Assembly: GCA_036261925.1 (NCBI GenBank)
Contig: DATAJW010000013.1
Coordinates: 22,544 to 86,543 of the forward strand
DNA: 64,000 nt
DNA from: Minisyncoccota bacterium
GTDB taxonomy: Bacteria; Patescibacteriota; Minisyncoccia; Phycocordibacterales; Phycocordibacteraceae
Direction of reading: 5' to 3'
Shown: piece by piece, positions 39,322 through 49,073 of the stretch
Layout: the number at the start of each line of letters is the position of its first letter
How positions within the stretch are numbered: position 1 is the stretch's first letter
Program-made: the position numbers and the translations under genes
Notes under the pieces: model-generated
Told to the model about the DNA's origin: nothing
The model's database searches: none
Seen by the model: the letters and a program-made list of their open reading frames with translations, nothing else

Positions 39322-40248
39322 CTACGAGTGCGCCATCAGCCACTGGTAGATATCCTCGAGCGCCTTCACGGCGTCGCCGGCGGCGATATTATTTTGATGA
39401 TACAGCTCGTCGGTACAGTCACCGGCGGCCCAGATGCCCGGAACGGAGGTCTTCTGGTCGCGGGCGTTCGTGACGACGCGGCCGACGTCATCGAGATCCA
39501 CGACGCCCTTCGCGAAATCGGTGTTCGGTATGACGCCGACTTCCACGAAGACGCCGGTCACGGGAAGCTCCCGGACTTCGCCCGTCTTCTTGTCGCGGAC
39601 GGAGAGCCCGGACACGAACTTCTCGCCATGCACCTCGACGGGCTCGGTGTCGGTGAGCGCGACGAGGTTCGGATGCGCGAGAACCTTCTCCGTCGTGATG
39701 GCTTCCGCCTTGAAGGCATCGCGGCGATGGATGAGCGTGACCGATTTCGCGTACGCGAGGAGCTGCGCGGCGGTCTCGAATCCGGCATTGCCGCCGCCGA
39801 TGACGGCGACGTCAGCCCCGGCGAAGAGCGGGCCATCGCAGGACGCGCAGTAGGTGACGCCCTTGTTCTCGAAGGTGTCCGCACCCGGAACCAGGAGCTT
39901 CTTCCTGCCGGCACCCGAGGCGATGAGCACCGCGCGCGCGGAGAACGTCTTGCCGTCGCGGGTCGCCACCGTAAAGCCGCCATCCATTCTCTCGAGCTTC
40001 TCCACGCGGTCGCCGATGACGCGCTCGACGATATCGCCGGCATACGCCTCGAGGTGGCCGCCGAGCGCGTGCGCGAGCTCCGCTCCCGGTATGTTCACCG
40101 TGCCTATCCAATTCTCGATGCCTTCGGAGACGGTCGACTGGCCGCCGACCTCCTCGGCGATGAGTACCGACTTCAGGCGCTTCCTTGCGGCATAGACGCC
40201 CGCTGCGATGCCGGCAGGCCCGCCGCCGATGATGATGAGATCGTTCAT
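39322..40248 (-). CDS. trxB: Thioredoxin reductase / AhpF-like FAD oxidoreductase
   Basis: IIGGGPAG, YCASCDG, VIGGGN, AAGD; start at 40248. Confidence 0.88.
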   Translation of the reverse strand: MNDLIIIGGGPAGIAAGVYAARKRLKSVLIAEEVGGQSTVSEGIENWIGTVNIPGAELAHALGGHLEAYAGDIVERVIGDRVEKLERMDGGFTVATRDGKTFSARAVLIASGAGRKKLLVPGADTFENKGVTYCASCDGPLFAGADVAVIGGGNAGFETAAQLLAYAKSVTLIHRRDAFKAEAITTEKVLAHPNLVALTDTEPVEVHGEKFVSGLSVRDKKTGEVRELPVTGVFVEVGVIPNTDFAKGVVDLDDVGRVVTNARDQKTSVPGIWAAGDCTDELYHQNNIAAGDAVKALEDIYQWLMAHS

Positions 40249-40250
40249 AG

Positions 40251-40355
40251 TAGTAAGCAGTATGCAGTAGACAGTAGGCAGGAACAAGTGGGACAGGAAA
40301 ATGGCGCAGCTTCGCTGCGCCATTTCTACATGCTACCTACCGCTTACTGCCTACT
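40251..40355. repeat. Inverted heptamer repeats between ftsZ and trxB
   Basis: AGTAAGC-AGTATGC-AGTAGAC-AGTAGGC ... ACCTACC-GCTTACT-GCCTACT. Confidence 0.65.
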
Positions 40356-41617
40356 TATTTCTTGTGACGACGGAGGAACGAAGGAATCGCCCCCCACGCC
40401 TCCTCCTCTTCAGGAGCGGGCGGCGTGAGCGGCTTGGCTTCGTCGCGAGCGGACGGCTTGGCGGTCACGACCGGCTCCTCCTTGCGGGGAAGCTCGGCCT
40501 CCTCCTCGATGTTCTCGAGAACCGCCTCGGGCAGCTGTTCCTCGCGCGACGACGGCTTCATGATGGCGTTGAATATCTTGCCGCGGGTCTCTTCCTGCGT
40601 CTCGGCAGGCATGGCGAAGAGCGAACGCTCGGCCGTCGGGGTGGTGTGCTCGGTCTCGAGCTCGGGGAAGCCGGTCGCGATGACGATGATGCGGATCTGG
40701 CCCTTCTTGAGCTTCTCGTCGCGCATGATACCGAAGATGACCTTCGCGCTCTTGTCGACGGAGTCGGAGACGACCTTCGCGGCCTCCTGGACCTCGAGGA
40801 TGCCGAGATCCTCGGAACCCGCGACGACGAAGAGCACGCCCTTCGCGCCCGTGATGGAGACGTCGAGGAGCGGGGAATTGACGGCCATGGCGGCGGCGTC
40901 CTGCGCGCGGCGGTCGCCGTCGGCGATGCCGATGCCCATGAGGGCGGGGCCTGCGCCCTCCATGATGGCCTTGATATCGTTGAAGTCGGTATTGATCTCG
41001 CCGGGCGTCGTGATGATATCGGAAACGCCCTCGACGGCCTGGCGGAGTATCTCGTCGGCCATGGCGAACGCGCTCTTCGCGGTCGTCTGCGCCTCGACGA
41101 TGGAGAGGAGCTTATCGTTCGGGATGACGATGAAGGCGTCGACTTCCTTCTTGAGCTCGGCGAGGCCCTGCTCGGCGATGTCCTTGCGCTGCATGCCCTC
41201 GAACGCGAACGGCTTGGTCACGACCGCGACGGTGAGCGCGCCGATCTCCTTCGCGATCTTCGCGACGATCGCGCTCGCACCCGTGCCGGTGCCGCCACCC
41301 ATGCCGCAGGTGATGAACACCATGTCCGATCCCTGGAGCGCCTCGAGTATCTCCTGGCGCGTCTCTTCCGCTGCGCGGCGGCCGAGCTCGGGGTTCATGC
41401 CCGCGCCGAGGCCCTTGGTGAGGTTCTTGCCGATGTGGATCTTCTTCTTCGCGAGCGAGCGGTGGAGGTCCTGCGCGTCGGTGTTGATGGCCACGAACTC
41501 CACGCCCTTCACCTTGGAGTTGATCATGTGGTTCACGGCGTTGTTGCCGGAGCCGCCGCACCCGACTACCCGTATGCGGGCAAAGGTCTCGATCTCGGAT
41601 TCTACGCGCTTTGACAT
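40355..41617 (-). CDS. ftsZ: Cell division protein FtsZ
   Basis: GMGGGTGTG, NTDAQ, PFAFEG, IN.DF.D, C-terminal IPSFLRR. Confidence 0.98.
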   Translation of the reverse strand: MSKRVESEIETFARIRVVGCGGSGNNAVNHMINSKVKGVEFVAINTDAQDLHRSLAKKKIHIGKNLTKGLGAGMNPELGRRAAEETRQEILEALQGSDMVFITCGMGGGTGTGASAIVAKIAKEIGALTVAVVTKPFAFEGMQRKDIAEQGLAELKKEVDAFIVIPNDKLLSIVEAQTTAKSAFAMADEILRQAVEGVSDIITTPGEINTDFNDIKAIMEGAGPALMGIGIADGDRRAQDAAAMAVNSPLLDVSITGAKGVLFVVAGSEDLGILEVQEAAKVVSDSVDKSAKVIFGIMRDEKLKKGQIRIIVIATGFPELETEHTTPTAERSLFAMPAETQEETRGKIFNAIMKPSSREEQLPEAVLENIEEEAELPRKEEPVVTAKPSARDEAKPLTPPAPEEEEAWGAIPSFLRRHKK

Positions 41618-41806
41618 ATGAGGGATATAGGGCCGCTAAAAAGGCTGGGCTCATCATACCAGCTGATTTCAGCCTGCAAAGGGTGACAAATCCTTAGGCC
41701 GTGCTGTATTTTCTCCGCCAAAATGCCCGTTCTCGCTCACGACCGCAAGCGAGAACGGACGCATTTCGCCCACGAGTCGCACGATCCCGCAATGCTACGG
41801 AGCGAG

Positions 41807-41853
41807 CCGTTCAATCTAACCCGTCAAGGTACTCCAGGGTTGAGATTGAACGG
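41807..41853 (-). repeat. Hairpin family A copy 2 (after ftsA)
   Basis: Minus strand CCGTTC-AATCTCAACCCT-GGAGTACCTTG-ACGGGTTAGATT-GAACGG. Confidence 0.8.
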
Positions 41854-41865
41854 TGAGCGGAGCCC

Positions 41866-43032
41866 TTAGGGGAGAAACTGCTTGAAGAACCGCTGTACCG
41901 CCCCCGCGACATCCCCCGCGGACCGCTTCTTCGGGGTCTCGGTGTCGCCGGTGAGCCCCCAGAGCGCGAGGCCGTACGCGACCGCCCAGGTCGCGTCGCG
42001 GACCTTCACTTCCGGCGAGATGCGCATGTCGGCGATGCGCGACGGGAGGTTCAGCGTACCCTTCGCGATGTCGGTGATAGAGCCTTGCCCAGCGCCGCCG
42101 CCCGAGATGATGATGCCTGCAGGGAGGGTGCGTCCGCGGCCGAGCTGCTTCAGGTGCTTGTCGATGAGCTCGAACATGGCGCGGAAGCGCGCGGTGACTA
42201 TTTCCTCCACCTTGCGGCGCGGATACATGGAACCCGAGAGGCGGCCGAGCTTCAGGCGCTCCGCGTCCTCGAGCGATACCTTGAAGCCGAGCGCGAGGTC
42301 GTCGGTGATGTGCGTGGAGCCGATAGGGAAGACCTTCACGGATACCGGAAGGCCCTCGTCGTACACCACGATTGAGACGGTCTCGGCCCCGATGTTGGCG
42401 AGGACGCAGCCCTTCATCTTCTGGTCCTTGGTGAGGGTGACATAGGAACCCGCGAGCGGGGACGCCATGCGGTCGATGACCTCGATATCGGCCGCCTCGG
42501 TCGCGGTCTCGAGCAGCTCGGCATGCTGCGTGAGGCAGGTGATGAAGAGGTAGTCGGCCTCAAGGCGGGTGCCCTTGAGGCCGACCGGCTCACCGAGCGA
42601 CTTCGTGCCGTCGACGCGGAACTCGAGCGGTATCTCGTGGAGCACGGTGCGGTTGAGGAAGTTCGGACGGGCCGCTTCCCGCGCGGCCTCCCGGGTCTTC
42701 TCGATATCGAGATCGGTTATCTCCTGGTCGGCGCGGGATATGACCGTCTCGCCCGAGGCGCGGACCTCGTCGAGAGAGATGCCGCCGATGGCGAGGAAGC
42801 CTTTCTTGATGGGAACCTGCGCGGTCTGCTCGGCCTGCTGGCGCGCAGCACGGACGGATTCCGCCGCGTCCTCCGCATCGACGACATAGCCGTGGCGCAA
42901 GCCCCGCGTCTCCGCGATGCCCGTCCCGATGATGCGCAGCACCGGCCCTTCCTGGCTAGCCAGCTCCTCGACGACCACCACCTTGGTGTGGTGGGTGCCG
43001 ATATCAATGCCGGTTGCTATGCGTCGTGCCAT
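41866..43032 (-). CDS. ftsA: Cell division protein FtsA
   Basis: GIDIGT, GLRHG.V.D, NIGAET, IGS.HITDDLA, AERLK, SGGGA; upstream of ftsZ. Confidence 0.93.
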   Translation of the reverse strand: MARRIATGIDIGTHHTKVVVVEELASQEGPVLRIIGTGIAETRGLRHGYVVDAEDAAESVRAARQQAEQTAQVPIKKGFLAIGGISLDEVRASGETVISRADQEITDLDIEKTREAAREAARPNFLNRTVLHEIPLEFRVDGTKSLGEPVGLKGTRLEADYLFITCLTQHAELLETATEAADIEVIDRMASPLAGSYVTLTKDQKMKGCVLANIGAETVSIVVYDEGLPVSVKVFPIGSTHITDDLALGFKVSLEDAERLKLGRLSGSMYPRRKVEEIVTARFRAMFELIDKHLKQLGRGRTLPAGIIISGGGAGQGSITDIAKGTLNLPSRIADMRISPEVKVRDATWAVAYGLALWGLTGDTETPKKRSAGDVAGAVQRFFKQFLP

Positions 43033-43423
43033 GTACAGGGGGAATGTGGATGAGGCGAGCGAGAAGCGCTCGCTCTTCACGTTCCATTGTAGGGCCGTGA
43101 CGCTTCCCGGCCAAATGCAGGAGCCCGTGGATAAAAAGGAATCCGACGAATGCGGTGTACGAAAGCCCGTAGTCGGGCGCCTGCTTCTTCGCGACCTCGA
43201 GGCAGATGATGATCTCGCCGCTCTTGTTCCCGGTCTCATACGAGAGGACGTTCGGGACGTAGTCCTTGTTGCGGAGCTTTACGTTGATGCTCTGCGCACG
43301 CTGCTGTCCCGCGAACACGAGGGAGATGTCCCAGCCGGGAAGGGCAGCATCGAGCGCTTTCTTATATGGAAAAGCAGGCTGAGGGCGCCGGGTGAAGTTT
43401 CGAGTGTCGAGCGAACTTTTCAT
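43004..43423 (-). CDS. ybeY: rRNA maturation RNase YbeY
   Basis: N...R.KDY.PNVLSY, GEIII, IHGLLHLAG..H. Confidence 0.88.
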   Translation of the reverse strand: MKSSLDTRNFTRRPQPAFPYKKALDAALPGWDISLVFAGQQRAQSINVKLRNKDYVPNVLSYETGNKSGEIIICLEVAKKQAPDYGLSYTAFVGFLFIHGLLHLAGKRHGPTMEREERALLARLIHIPPVHGTTHSNRH

Positions 43424-43438
43424 ATCGCTAAGGATACC

Positions 43439-43563
43439 AGAGCGTCTCTATAAACTTTCATATCCGAGGCGCGGGTGAATGGGAACCACAGGCGTACTAG
43501 CAGTACGACGAAGGGGCCCGTTCGGGCCCCGTAACGAAGGAGAGGGAAGTTTTAGAACGCTCT
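43439..43563 (-). repeat. Structured repeat family B copy 4
   Basis: Minus strand TCTCCTTCGTTACGGG...CGTACTGCTAGTACG...CCCGCGCCTCGGATATG with closing stem AGAGCGT/ACGCTCT, directly after the rpsU stop. Confidence 0.65.
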
Positions 43564-43823
43564 TACTTGCGGCCGCGAGTCTTGCGAGCAGCCGGGTCAA
43601 TCTTACCAAGCTTTACTTGCTCGTTGTAATCGGCGCGGCGGCCGGCAGCGACGATAGCGCGCGCGTGCTCGACGTTCTTCGACTTCGTGCGGCTGTAGTA
43701 GCGGCGCTTGCGGAGCGCGCGGACGAGGCCGAGGCCCTGGCCACGGCGGGAAAAGCGGCGGATAAGCGAGGCTGAACTCTCGTTCTTCCCGCGCTTAACC
43801 TCTACGCGTACGGCGTTTTGCAT
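43563..43823 (-). CDS. rpsU: 30S ribosomal protein bS21 (CPR type)
   Basis: VEVKR..NES..SLIRRFSRR.Q..G.....RKRRYY; highly basic; start at 43823. Confidence 0.75.
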   Translation of the reverse strand: MQNAVRVEVKRGKNESSASLIRRFSRRGQGLGLVRALRKRRYYSRTKSKNVEHARAIVAAGRRADYNEQVKLGKIDPAARKTRGRK

Positions 43824-43917
43824 ACGTGTGACAGTAGCATAAATGGCCCTTTTCTGTCTACCGGGTAACGAAAACGCCCGGTCCAATTGCTTGGACCGGG
43901 CGGTAGACCGGTAGCTG

Positions 43918-44220
43918 TCACGCTTTCTCGAGCGCACGCCAGCCAGCCATGAAGGCGAGGGTGCCGACGATGGCGAAGAAGGTCGGGGCGTATGTGCCGA
44001 TAAGTCCATCGCCGAGGAAGCGGGATTGAGGACCGACCGGCAGGGTCTGATCGGCGCCAAGCGAGATGAGCGCCGAGCCGTAATGTCCGGCGTCCACGAT
44101 CATCCGGACGAGTTCATGGCCCGCGAACGCGCTGAGGGCGAGCAGGCCGGCGCCGATCATGAGGAGACTGACCCCGTAGAACCTGTTAGAACCTTTCTTC
44201 TTCGATGCGGCAACGTTCAT
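43918..44220 (-). CDS. Orphan two-TM membrane protein
   Basis: AAAGGAGG SD; TTGACA-17-TATAGT promoter upstream. Confidence 0.65.
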   Translation of the reverse strand: MNVAASKKKGSNRFYGVSLLMIGAGLLALSAFAGHELVRMIVDAGHYGSALISLGADQTLPVGPQSRFLGDGLIGTYAPTFFAIVGTLAFMAGWRALEKA

Positions 44221-44303
44221 GTATGGCCTCCTTTAGCGCCATGGTTTGTCTGTATATACTATAGTCTAAACTATAACTTTTGTCAAGTTTATCGGGATGG
44301 CTC

Positions 44304-45449
44304 CTATCCAACCACCTTCAGATGCGCGATGAGGGAATCGAGCGGGATATGGGACTCGGTATGGGTGGCGCGCTCGCGGAGGATGACGGAGCGCTCGAGC
44401 GCTTCCTTGCGGCCCATGATGAGGAGATAGGGCGCGTTCGTGATGTCGGCGAGGCGCATCTGCTCGGTCAGGGAGGCGATGCCGATGGACTGGATGAGCG
44501 GAACGCGGGCGCGGCGGAGCTCGTCAGCGATCTTCATGCTCTCGCGCTTGGCCTCGTCGCCGATATGCACGAAGACGAAGCGGGGAGTACCGCGCTGCTT
44601 CACGGCCGGTATCGGCTCGCGGTTCTCGACATTGATGCGTATGACGGCGCCCATGGACGGGACATGGGACTTGAAGAACGTGCGCGCGAAATCGGTGTAG
44701 CGGGAGCCCCAGGCATGGAGCGCATCGTCGCCCTGTATCTCGAAGCAGGTCTCCGCCCAGGACGCGCCACGCGAAAGGAGCCCGGGCGCGAGGTCATACG
44801 GCGTCTCGGTCGCTTCGAGGTACTCGAGGACGCTCTCGAAGTGCTTACGGCTCGATTCTGAAAGATGGTCGGTAGGCGAGGGGAGCTCGTCCGCGTCCTC
44901 GCCCGACGCGAGGAGCTCGGCGGCCTCGAAGACATCCCGCTTGGCGCAGTCGACGCAGTCGGCGGGCAGCGTCGGCCCCTGCTTGCGGAAGAATTGCGTG
45001 AGCTCGCGCGCGAAACGGCTGCGGGTCTCGCGGTCGCCCATGCTGTTGAGGCGCAGGCGCGGCTCGCCCTTGGCGAGGTCCTGCATGAGCGCGCGCACGG
45101 CGCGTATGAGGACCGCATCCGCTATCGCATTCTCGACGCCGAGCACATGGAACTGCACGACGATCTGCTTGGGCGACGGGCGCCCGTAGGCGGCGTTGGT
45201 GTGCCAGAGGAAGAGCGGCTGGAGCGTGGACGGTTCGAGTCCCGCATCGCGTACCTGCTTCAGGAGGCTCGCGACCTCGCGCGCGGCCGGATCGAGCGCC
45301 TCGAGCGCTATCGAATCGGGATACGGGCCCTTCGCGCCCTTGCCGCGGTTGCCGGCAGCCAGTGCCGAGAGCGGCGTGAAGCCATAGTAGGTACCGATAG
45401 CGTGCGCGCGCTTCAGGACGTCGGATGGCTCGTGCGCAAGGGTGCTCAT
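44304..45449 (-). CDS. Degenerate histidyl-tRNA synthetase paralog with HGTP anticodon-binding domain
   Basis: YYGF, LNSMGD.E.R, HL.E.S..HF..V.EYL, C-terminal anticodon domain; catalytic motifs 2 and 3 eroded. Confidence 0.7.
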   Translation of the reverse strand: MSTLAHEPSDVLKRAHAIGTYYGFTPLSALAAGNRGKGAKGPYPDSIALEALDPAAREVASLLKQVRDAGLEPSTLQPLFLWHTNAAYGRPSPKQIVVQFHVLGVENAIADAVLIRAVRALMQDLAKGEPRLRLNSMGDRETRSRFARELTQFFRKQGPTLPADCVDCAKRDVFEAAELLASGEDADELPSPTDHLSESSRKHFESVLEYLEATETPYDLAPGLLSRGASWAETCFEIQGDDALHAWGSRYTDFARTFFKSHVPSMGAVIRINVENREPIPAVKQRGTPRFVFVHIGDEAKRESMKIADELRRARVPLIQSIGIASLTEQMRLADITNAPYLLIMGRKEALERSVILRERATHTESHIPLDSLIAHLKVVG

Positions 45450-45997
45450 TGCGTTTCGTGTACGGCGCCCGGCAGTACGCCGACCACATCGGCAGGCAGC
45501 AGGCGGATGTAGGCGCGGCCCATCAGGTCCTCGCGCGGGAGAGCGCCCCAGACGCGGGAATCGGAGCTGCGCGGCCGATTGTCGCCCATGACGAAGAATT
45601 CGTCGGACGCGAGCGCGGTATCGAGGCTGTAGGTGGCGTCCTCGGCGACGACGTAGGACTCATCGAGCTCGATGACGGAGCCGTCGGCGCGCGTGATGCT
45701 CGTCTTGCCGGCCTCGATGTGCACGGTCTCGCCCGGCAGGCCGATGATGCGCTTGATGTAGAAGACCTTGGGGTCGTTCGGGTAACGGAACACCACGACG
45801 TCGCCGCGTTTCGGGTCGCCGAAGCGGTACGAGAGCTCGTCGACGATGAGATAATCGCCGCTCTCGAACGTCGGATGCATGCTCTCGCCCTCGACGACGA
45901 ACGGCTGCGCGACGAACAGCCGTATCGGGATGACGATGACGATCGCGAGGATGATGAATGTAAGGATCTCCTTGAACGCTTGCCCGAGGAATTGCAT
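45446..45997 (-). CDS. lepB: Signal peptidase I
   Basis: GESMHPTF, RGDVVVF, YIKRIIGLPGE, GDNR..SSDSR.WG. Confidence 0.95.
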   Translation of the reverse strand: MQFLGQAFKEILTFIILAIVIVIPIRLFVAQPFVVEGESMHPTFESGDYLIVDELSYRFGDPKRGDVVVFRYPNDPKVFYIKRIIGLPGETVHIEAGKTSITRADGSVIELDESYVVAEDATYSLDTALASDEFFVMGDNRPRSSDSRVWGALPREDLMGRAYIRLLPADVVGVLPGAVHETQ

Positions 45998-46102
45998 GTG
46001 AGGGTATTGTAAGCCTCATGGTGCGTGCGTCAACTTTTCGCGCGTGCGCACCGAGCGCGCACGGACGTATCGCGCACGCTGCGCGGCTGCTACAATCCCT
46101 TC

Positions 46103-46702
46103 ATGGCATACGTGATACTCGGTCTCGGCAATCCGGGAGGCGAATACGCGAAGACGCGGCACAACGCGGGGCGCATGGCCGTCGAGCTCCTCGCGGAAAC
46201 GGAAGGATTCGAGTTCGCGGAGAAGAAGAATGCGCAGGCGCTCGTCGCGACCGGCACGCTCGGCGGCGAGAAGGCCGTCCTCGCGCTCCCCGAGACGTTC
46301 ATGAACCACTCGGGCACGGCCGCAGGCGCGCTCGTGAAATCGAAGGCCGCCGCGAAGAAGCTCCTCGTGATACGCGACGAGCTCGACCTGCCGCTCGGCA
46401 CCATAAAAATGACCGTGCACGGCCGGGGCTCGGGCGGGCACAAGGGCGTCGAGAGCGTCATGCGGGCGCTCAAGACGAAGGACTTCGTGCAGATGAAGAT
46501 CGGCATCTCGCCATCGACGCCTACGGGGAAGCTGAAGAAGCCCGCGATGGGCGAGAAGGTCATTACGCACGTCATCGGGAAGTTCAAGCCGGCAGAGGAG
46601 GCGCTCCTCAAGAAGACGCTCGAGCGCGCCGCGAATGCCGCGCGCCTGTTCGCCACCGAGGGCCTCGAGAGGGCGATGCTTGCGGCTAATACGCGCGCCT
46701 GA
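46103..46702 (+). CDS. pth: Peptidyl-tRNA hydrolase
   Basis: GLGNPG.EY..TRHNAG, PETFMN.SG, DELDLP, GGHKG. Confidence 0.93.
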   Translation: MAYVILGLGNPGGEYAKTRHNAGRMAVELLAETEGFEFAEKKNAQALVATGTLGGEKAVLALPETFMNHSGTAAGALVKSKAAAKKLLVIRDELDLPLGTIKMTVHGRGSGGHKGVESVMRALKTKDFVQMKIGISPSTPTGKLKKPAMGEKVITHVIGKFKPAEEALLKKTLERAANAARLFATEGLERAMLAANTRA

Positions 46703-46790
46703 ACCCCGCCCACGGAGCTATTGCATGGCGCACCGGGAAGGCGCATAGTGCGGGCGGATACTTCTGTCCGTTCACAGCGAGGAGACCACC

Positions 46791-47543
46791 ATGACGGCAC
46801 CGTCTCTTCAAGAGATCGATCGCCAGCTGCCGCTTCTCTATACCAACACGCTCGTGCGGTACGAGCCGCTTCCTATCCGCGGCAAGCGCAACCTGCTCAT
46901 GCTGCTCGACCTGCATGCGGTCCCGCATGCGACTGAATGGGGGGACGGGTACTCCCGCACGCTCCCGCAGCTCATCCGCGATATGCGCCGAGGCGAAGCG
47001 ACCATCGTGCTCTACTATCCGAGCATCGCGGGCTTCCAAGAAGATCACGCGTACCTGACGCGGATGATACGGACGGTATCGATCCGCATCACGTACGACC
47101 TGCCCGATCCGACGCCGCTCAACCCCGAGCATGTGCGGCCGCTCGTGCTGCGCGAATACCGCACGGCCGCAGGCGGCGCGCTCCATCCGCGGAAGTTCCC
47201 GAATCCGAGCGAGACGATGGTGCGGAAGGACCGGACGCAGCACCATACGATCCTGCGGTTGCTGCGCGAGGAGCTCGGCATCCGCATCACGCACCGCCAG
47301 TTCCGGAGCCTGATCGTCCCGAACCTGACGTTCATGCCTTCGGCGCTGCGCGAGTTCGAGGACCAATGCGCGGGACGGCAGACCGAGCTCGCTATCCACG
47401 CCTCGGATAAGTATCCGGGACTCTGGACGCACAACGAGGTCTGGCACTACCTGCTCAAGCTTCCGACGCAGTTCTACCAGCCGGACGGGTACCGCGAGGA
47501 CCAGAACGTCAGCTTATGGGAAGATGCCGAGCACAAAGACTGA
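46791..47543 (+). CDS. Orphan protein with NUDIX-box remnant
   Basis: GAGGAG SD; RLLREELGI resembles REUxEExGU. Confidence 0.55.
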   Translation: MTAPSLQEIDRQLPLLYTNTLVRYEPLPIRGKRNLLMLLDLHAVPHATEWGDGYSRTLPQLIRDMRRGEATIVLYYPSIAGFQEDHAYLTRMIRTVSIRITYDLPDPTPLNPEHVRPLVLREYRTAAGGALHPRKFPNPSETMVRKDRTQHHTILRLLREELGIRITHRQFRSLIVPNLTFMPSALREFEDQCAGRQTELAIHASDKYPGLWTHNEVWHYLLKLPTQFYQPDGYREDQNVSLWEDAEHKD

Positions 47544-47623
47544 ACCCCGATCTCGCGATCGGGGTTCCTTGTATACGAGCAGGGCCCGGCGCTTCGCGCC
47601 GGGCCCTGCTGCATAAGAGCGAG

Positions 47624-47675
47624 CGGATGCTAATCTAACCCGTCAAGTTCCTACAGGGTTGAGATTCGCATCCCG
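47624..47675 (-). repeat. Hairpin family A copy 3 (after rpsA)
   Basis: Minus strand GGATGC-G-AATCTCAACCCT-GTAGGAACTTG-ACGGGTTAGATT-A-GCATCC. Confidence 0.8.
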
Positions 47676-47679
47676 AGCG

Positions 47680-48807
47680 CTACTTTTTCTTGCCGACGTA
47701 GGAAAGCGTCATGCGCTGGTCCTTCGGCTCGAAGAGCGTGATGGTGAACGGGTACGTCTTGCCGAGCTCGAGCGCGTCGCGGAGCGCCGCAGGGGACTCG
47801 AATTCGCTGATGTGCACGAGGCCGGCGACGCCCTCCTCGATGGACGCGAGCGCGCCGTGCTTGTTGTACTTGATGACGACGCCCTGCACCTCCATGCCCT
47901 TCTTGTAGCGGTCGCTCGCGACCTTCCACGGATTCTCCTTGAGCGCCTTGATGGAGAGGGAGACCTTGCCGTCCTTCACCTCGATGACCTTCACCTTCAC
48001 GGCGTCGCCGACGGAGAAGAGCGCGCGCGGGTCCTCGACGAGGCCCCAGTCGAGCTCGCTGATGTGCACGAGGCCCTCGAGGCCCTGCTCGAGCTTCACG
48101 AAGACGCCGAAGTCGACGGCACCCGTGACCTCGCCCTCGACGACGTCGCCCACCTGGTACTTATCGACGAGCGATGCCTTCTCCTCGTCCTCGCTGCCTG
48201 CGCGCTCGGAGAAGATGAGCTTGCCCTCCTTCGGATCGGCCGTGATGATGCGGACCGAGAGCGGCTGGCCGGCGAGCTTCTGCAGCTCGGCGAAGATCTT
48301 GTCCTTATCGCCTTCAGGCACGCGCGGGTAATGCTCCTTCGAGAGCTGGGAGGCAGGGAGGAAGCCCTGGATGCCCTGCCACGAGAGGATGAGGCCGCCC
48401 TTGTTCGCCTCGTCGACGGTGAGGGTGTAGACGGTTTCCGCGGCGATGGCCTGCTCGGCCTCGCCCCAGATAGCGGCCTGGCGCGCCTCCTTGAGGGAGA
48501 GCTCGATGTAGCCCTCGATACCGGACGGATCGACGACCTTCGCGGTGATGGTGTCGCCCGGGTTCGACTTGCGGAGCACGTCGGCGGCATTGAGGTACTC
48601 GCGCCCGTAGATGATGCCGCTACCGAACGGCGGCAGGTCGACATAGAGACGGCCGCGCACGAGCTCGATGATGGTACCTTCAATCAGATCCCCGACCTTA
48701 GGCGGGGTGGCTATGTCGTCGACCTTGGAAGCCATCGGGTGGCTCGGGTCGATGACGAGGGTGCTTGCGGGAATCACAGGCGCCTTCTTAACTTCTTCTT
48801 CTGGCAT
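47680..48807 (-). CDS. rpsA: 30S ribosomal protein S1 (four S1 domains)
   Basis: NKGGL, GFLPASQL, FGVFV, EGLVHISEL, SLSIKAL..NPW. Confidence 0.88.
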   Translation of the reverse strand: MPEEEVKKAPVIPASTLVIDPSHPMASKVDDIATPPKVGDLIEGTIIELVRGRLYVDLPPFGSGIIYGREYLNAADVLRKSNPGDTITAKVVDPSGIEGYIELSLKEARQAAIWGEAEQAIAAETVYTLTVDEANKGGLILSWQGIQGFLPASQLSKEHYPRVPEGDKDKIFAELQKLAGQPLSVRIITADPKEGKLIFSERAGSEDEEKASLVDKYQVGDVVEGEVTGAVDFGVFVKLEQGLEGLVHISELDWGLVEDPRALFSVGDAVKVKVIEVKDGKVSLSIKALKENPWKVASDRYKKGMEVQGVVIKYNKHGALASIEEGVAGLVHISEFESPAALRDALELGKTYPFTITLFEPKDQRMTLSYVGKKK

Positions 48808-48863
48808 GGATATGGGCGGGCGCGCGGATTTGCGGCAAGTACTGGGGAGAGGAAGTTAGTTAC

Positions 48864-48922
48864 TAGCCATTAGGGTTTTAGTAGGAAGGATTCCTGACTA
48901 ACTGCCTAACGACTAGTGGCTA
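48864..48922. repeat. TAGCCACTAG-family element (empty copy) in the rpsA leader
   Basis: TAGCCATTAGGG..TTAGTAGGAA-GGA-TTCCT..ACTAACTGCCTAAC..CTAGTGGCTA. Confidence 0.7.
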
Positions 48923-49073
48923 ACGACTGGCACCCCAGGGATAGCTTGCTCGCGGCTACTAGACGCGCCTGCGATGAAGGGTTTATACCACTATATAGGT
49001 AAAAGAAAAAGCCCCCGACCTGCGTCGGGGCTTTGCGGCAGCGTAGGTCTCCGTAAAAGGAAAGAGCCCGGGG

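Noticed and set aside
41807-41853. Integron attC site (ATCTAAC...GTTGAGAT)
   Set aside because: It is shorter than known attC sites, has no separate L and R boxes, sits behind housekeeping genes, and no integrase is seen; kept only as an analogy.
46103-46702. Alternative genetic code (UGA=Gly as in Gracilibacteria/SR1)
   Set aside because: TGA terminates conserved genes at the expected positions (pth, tsaD), and there is no in-frame TGA in core genes.
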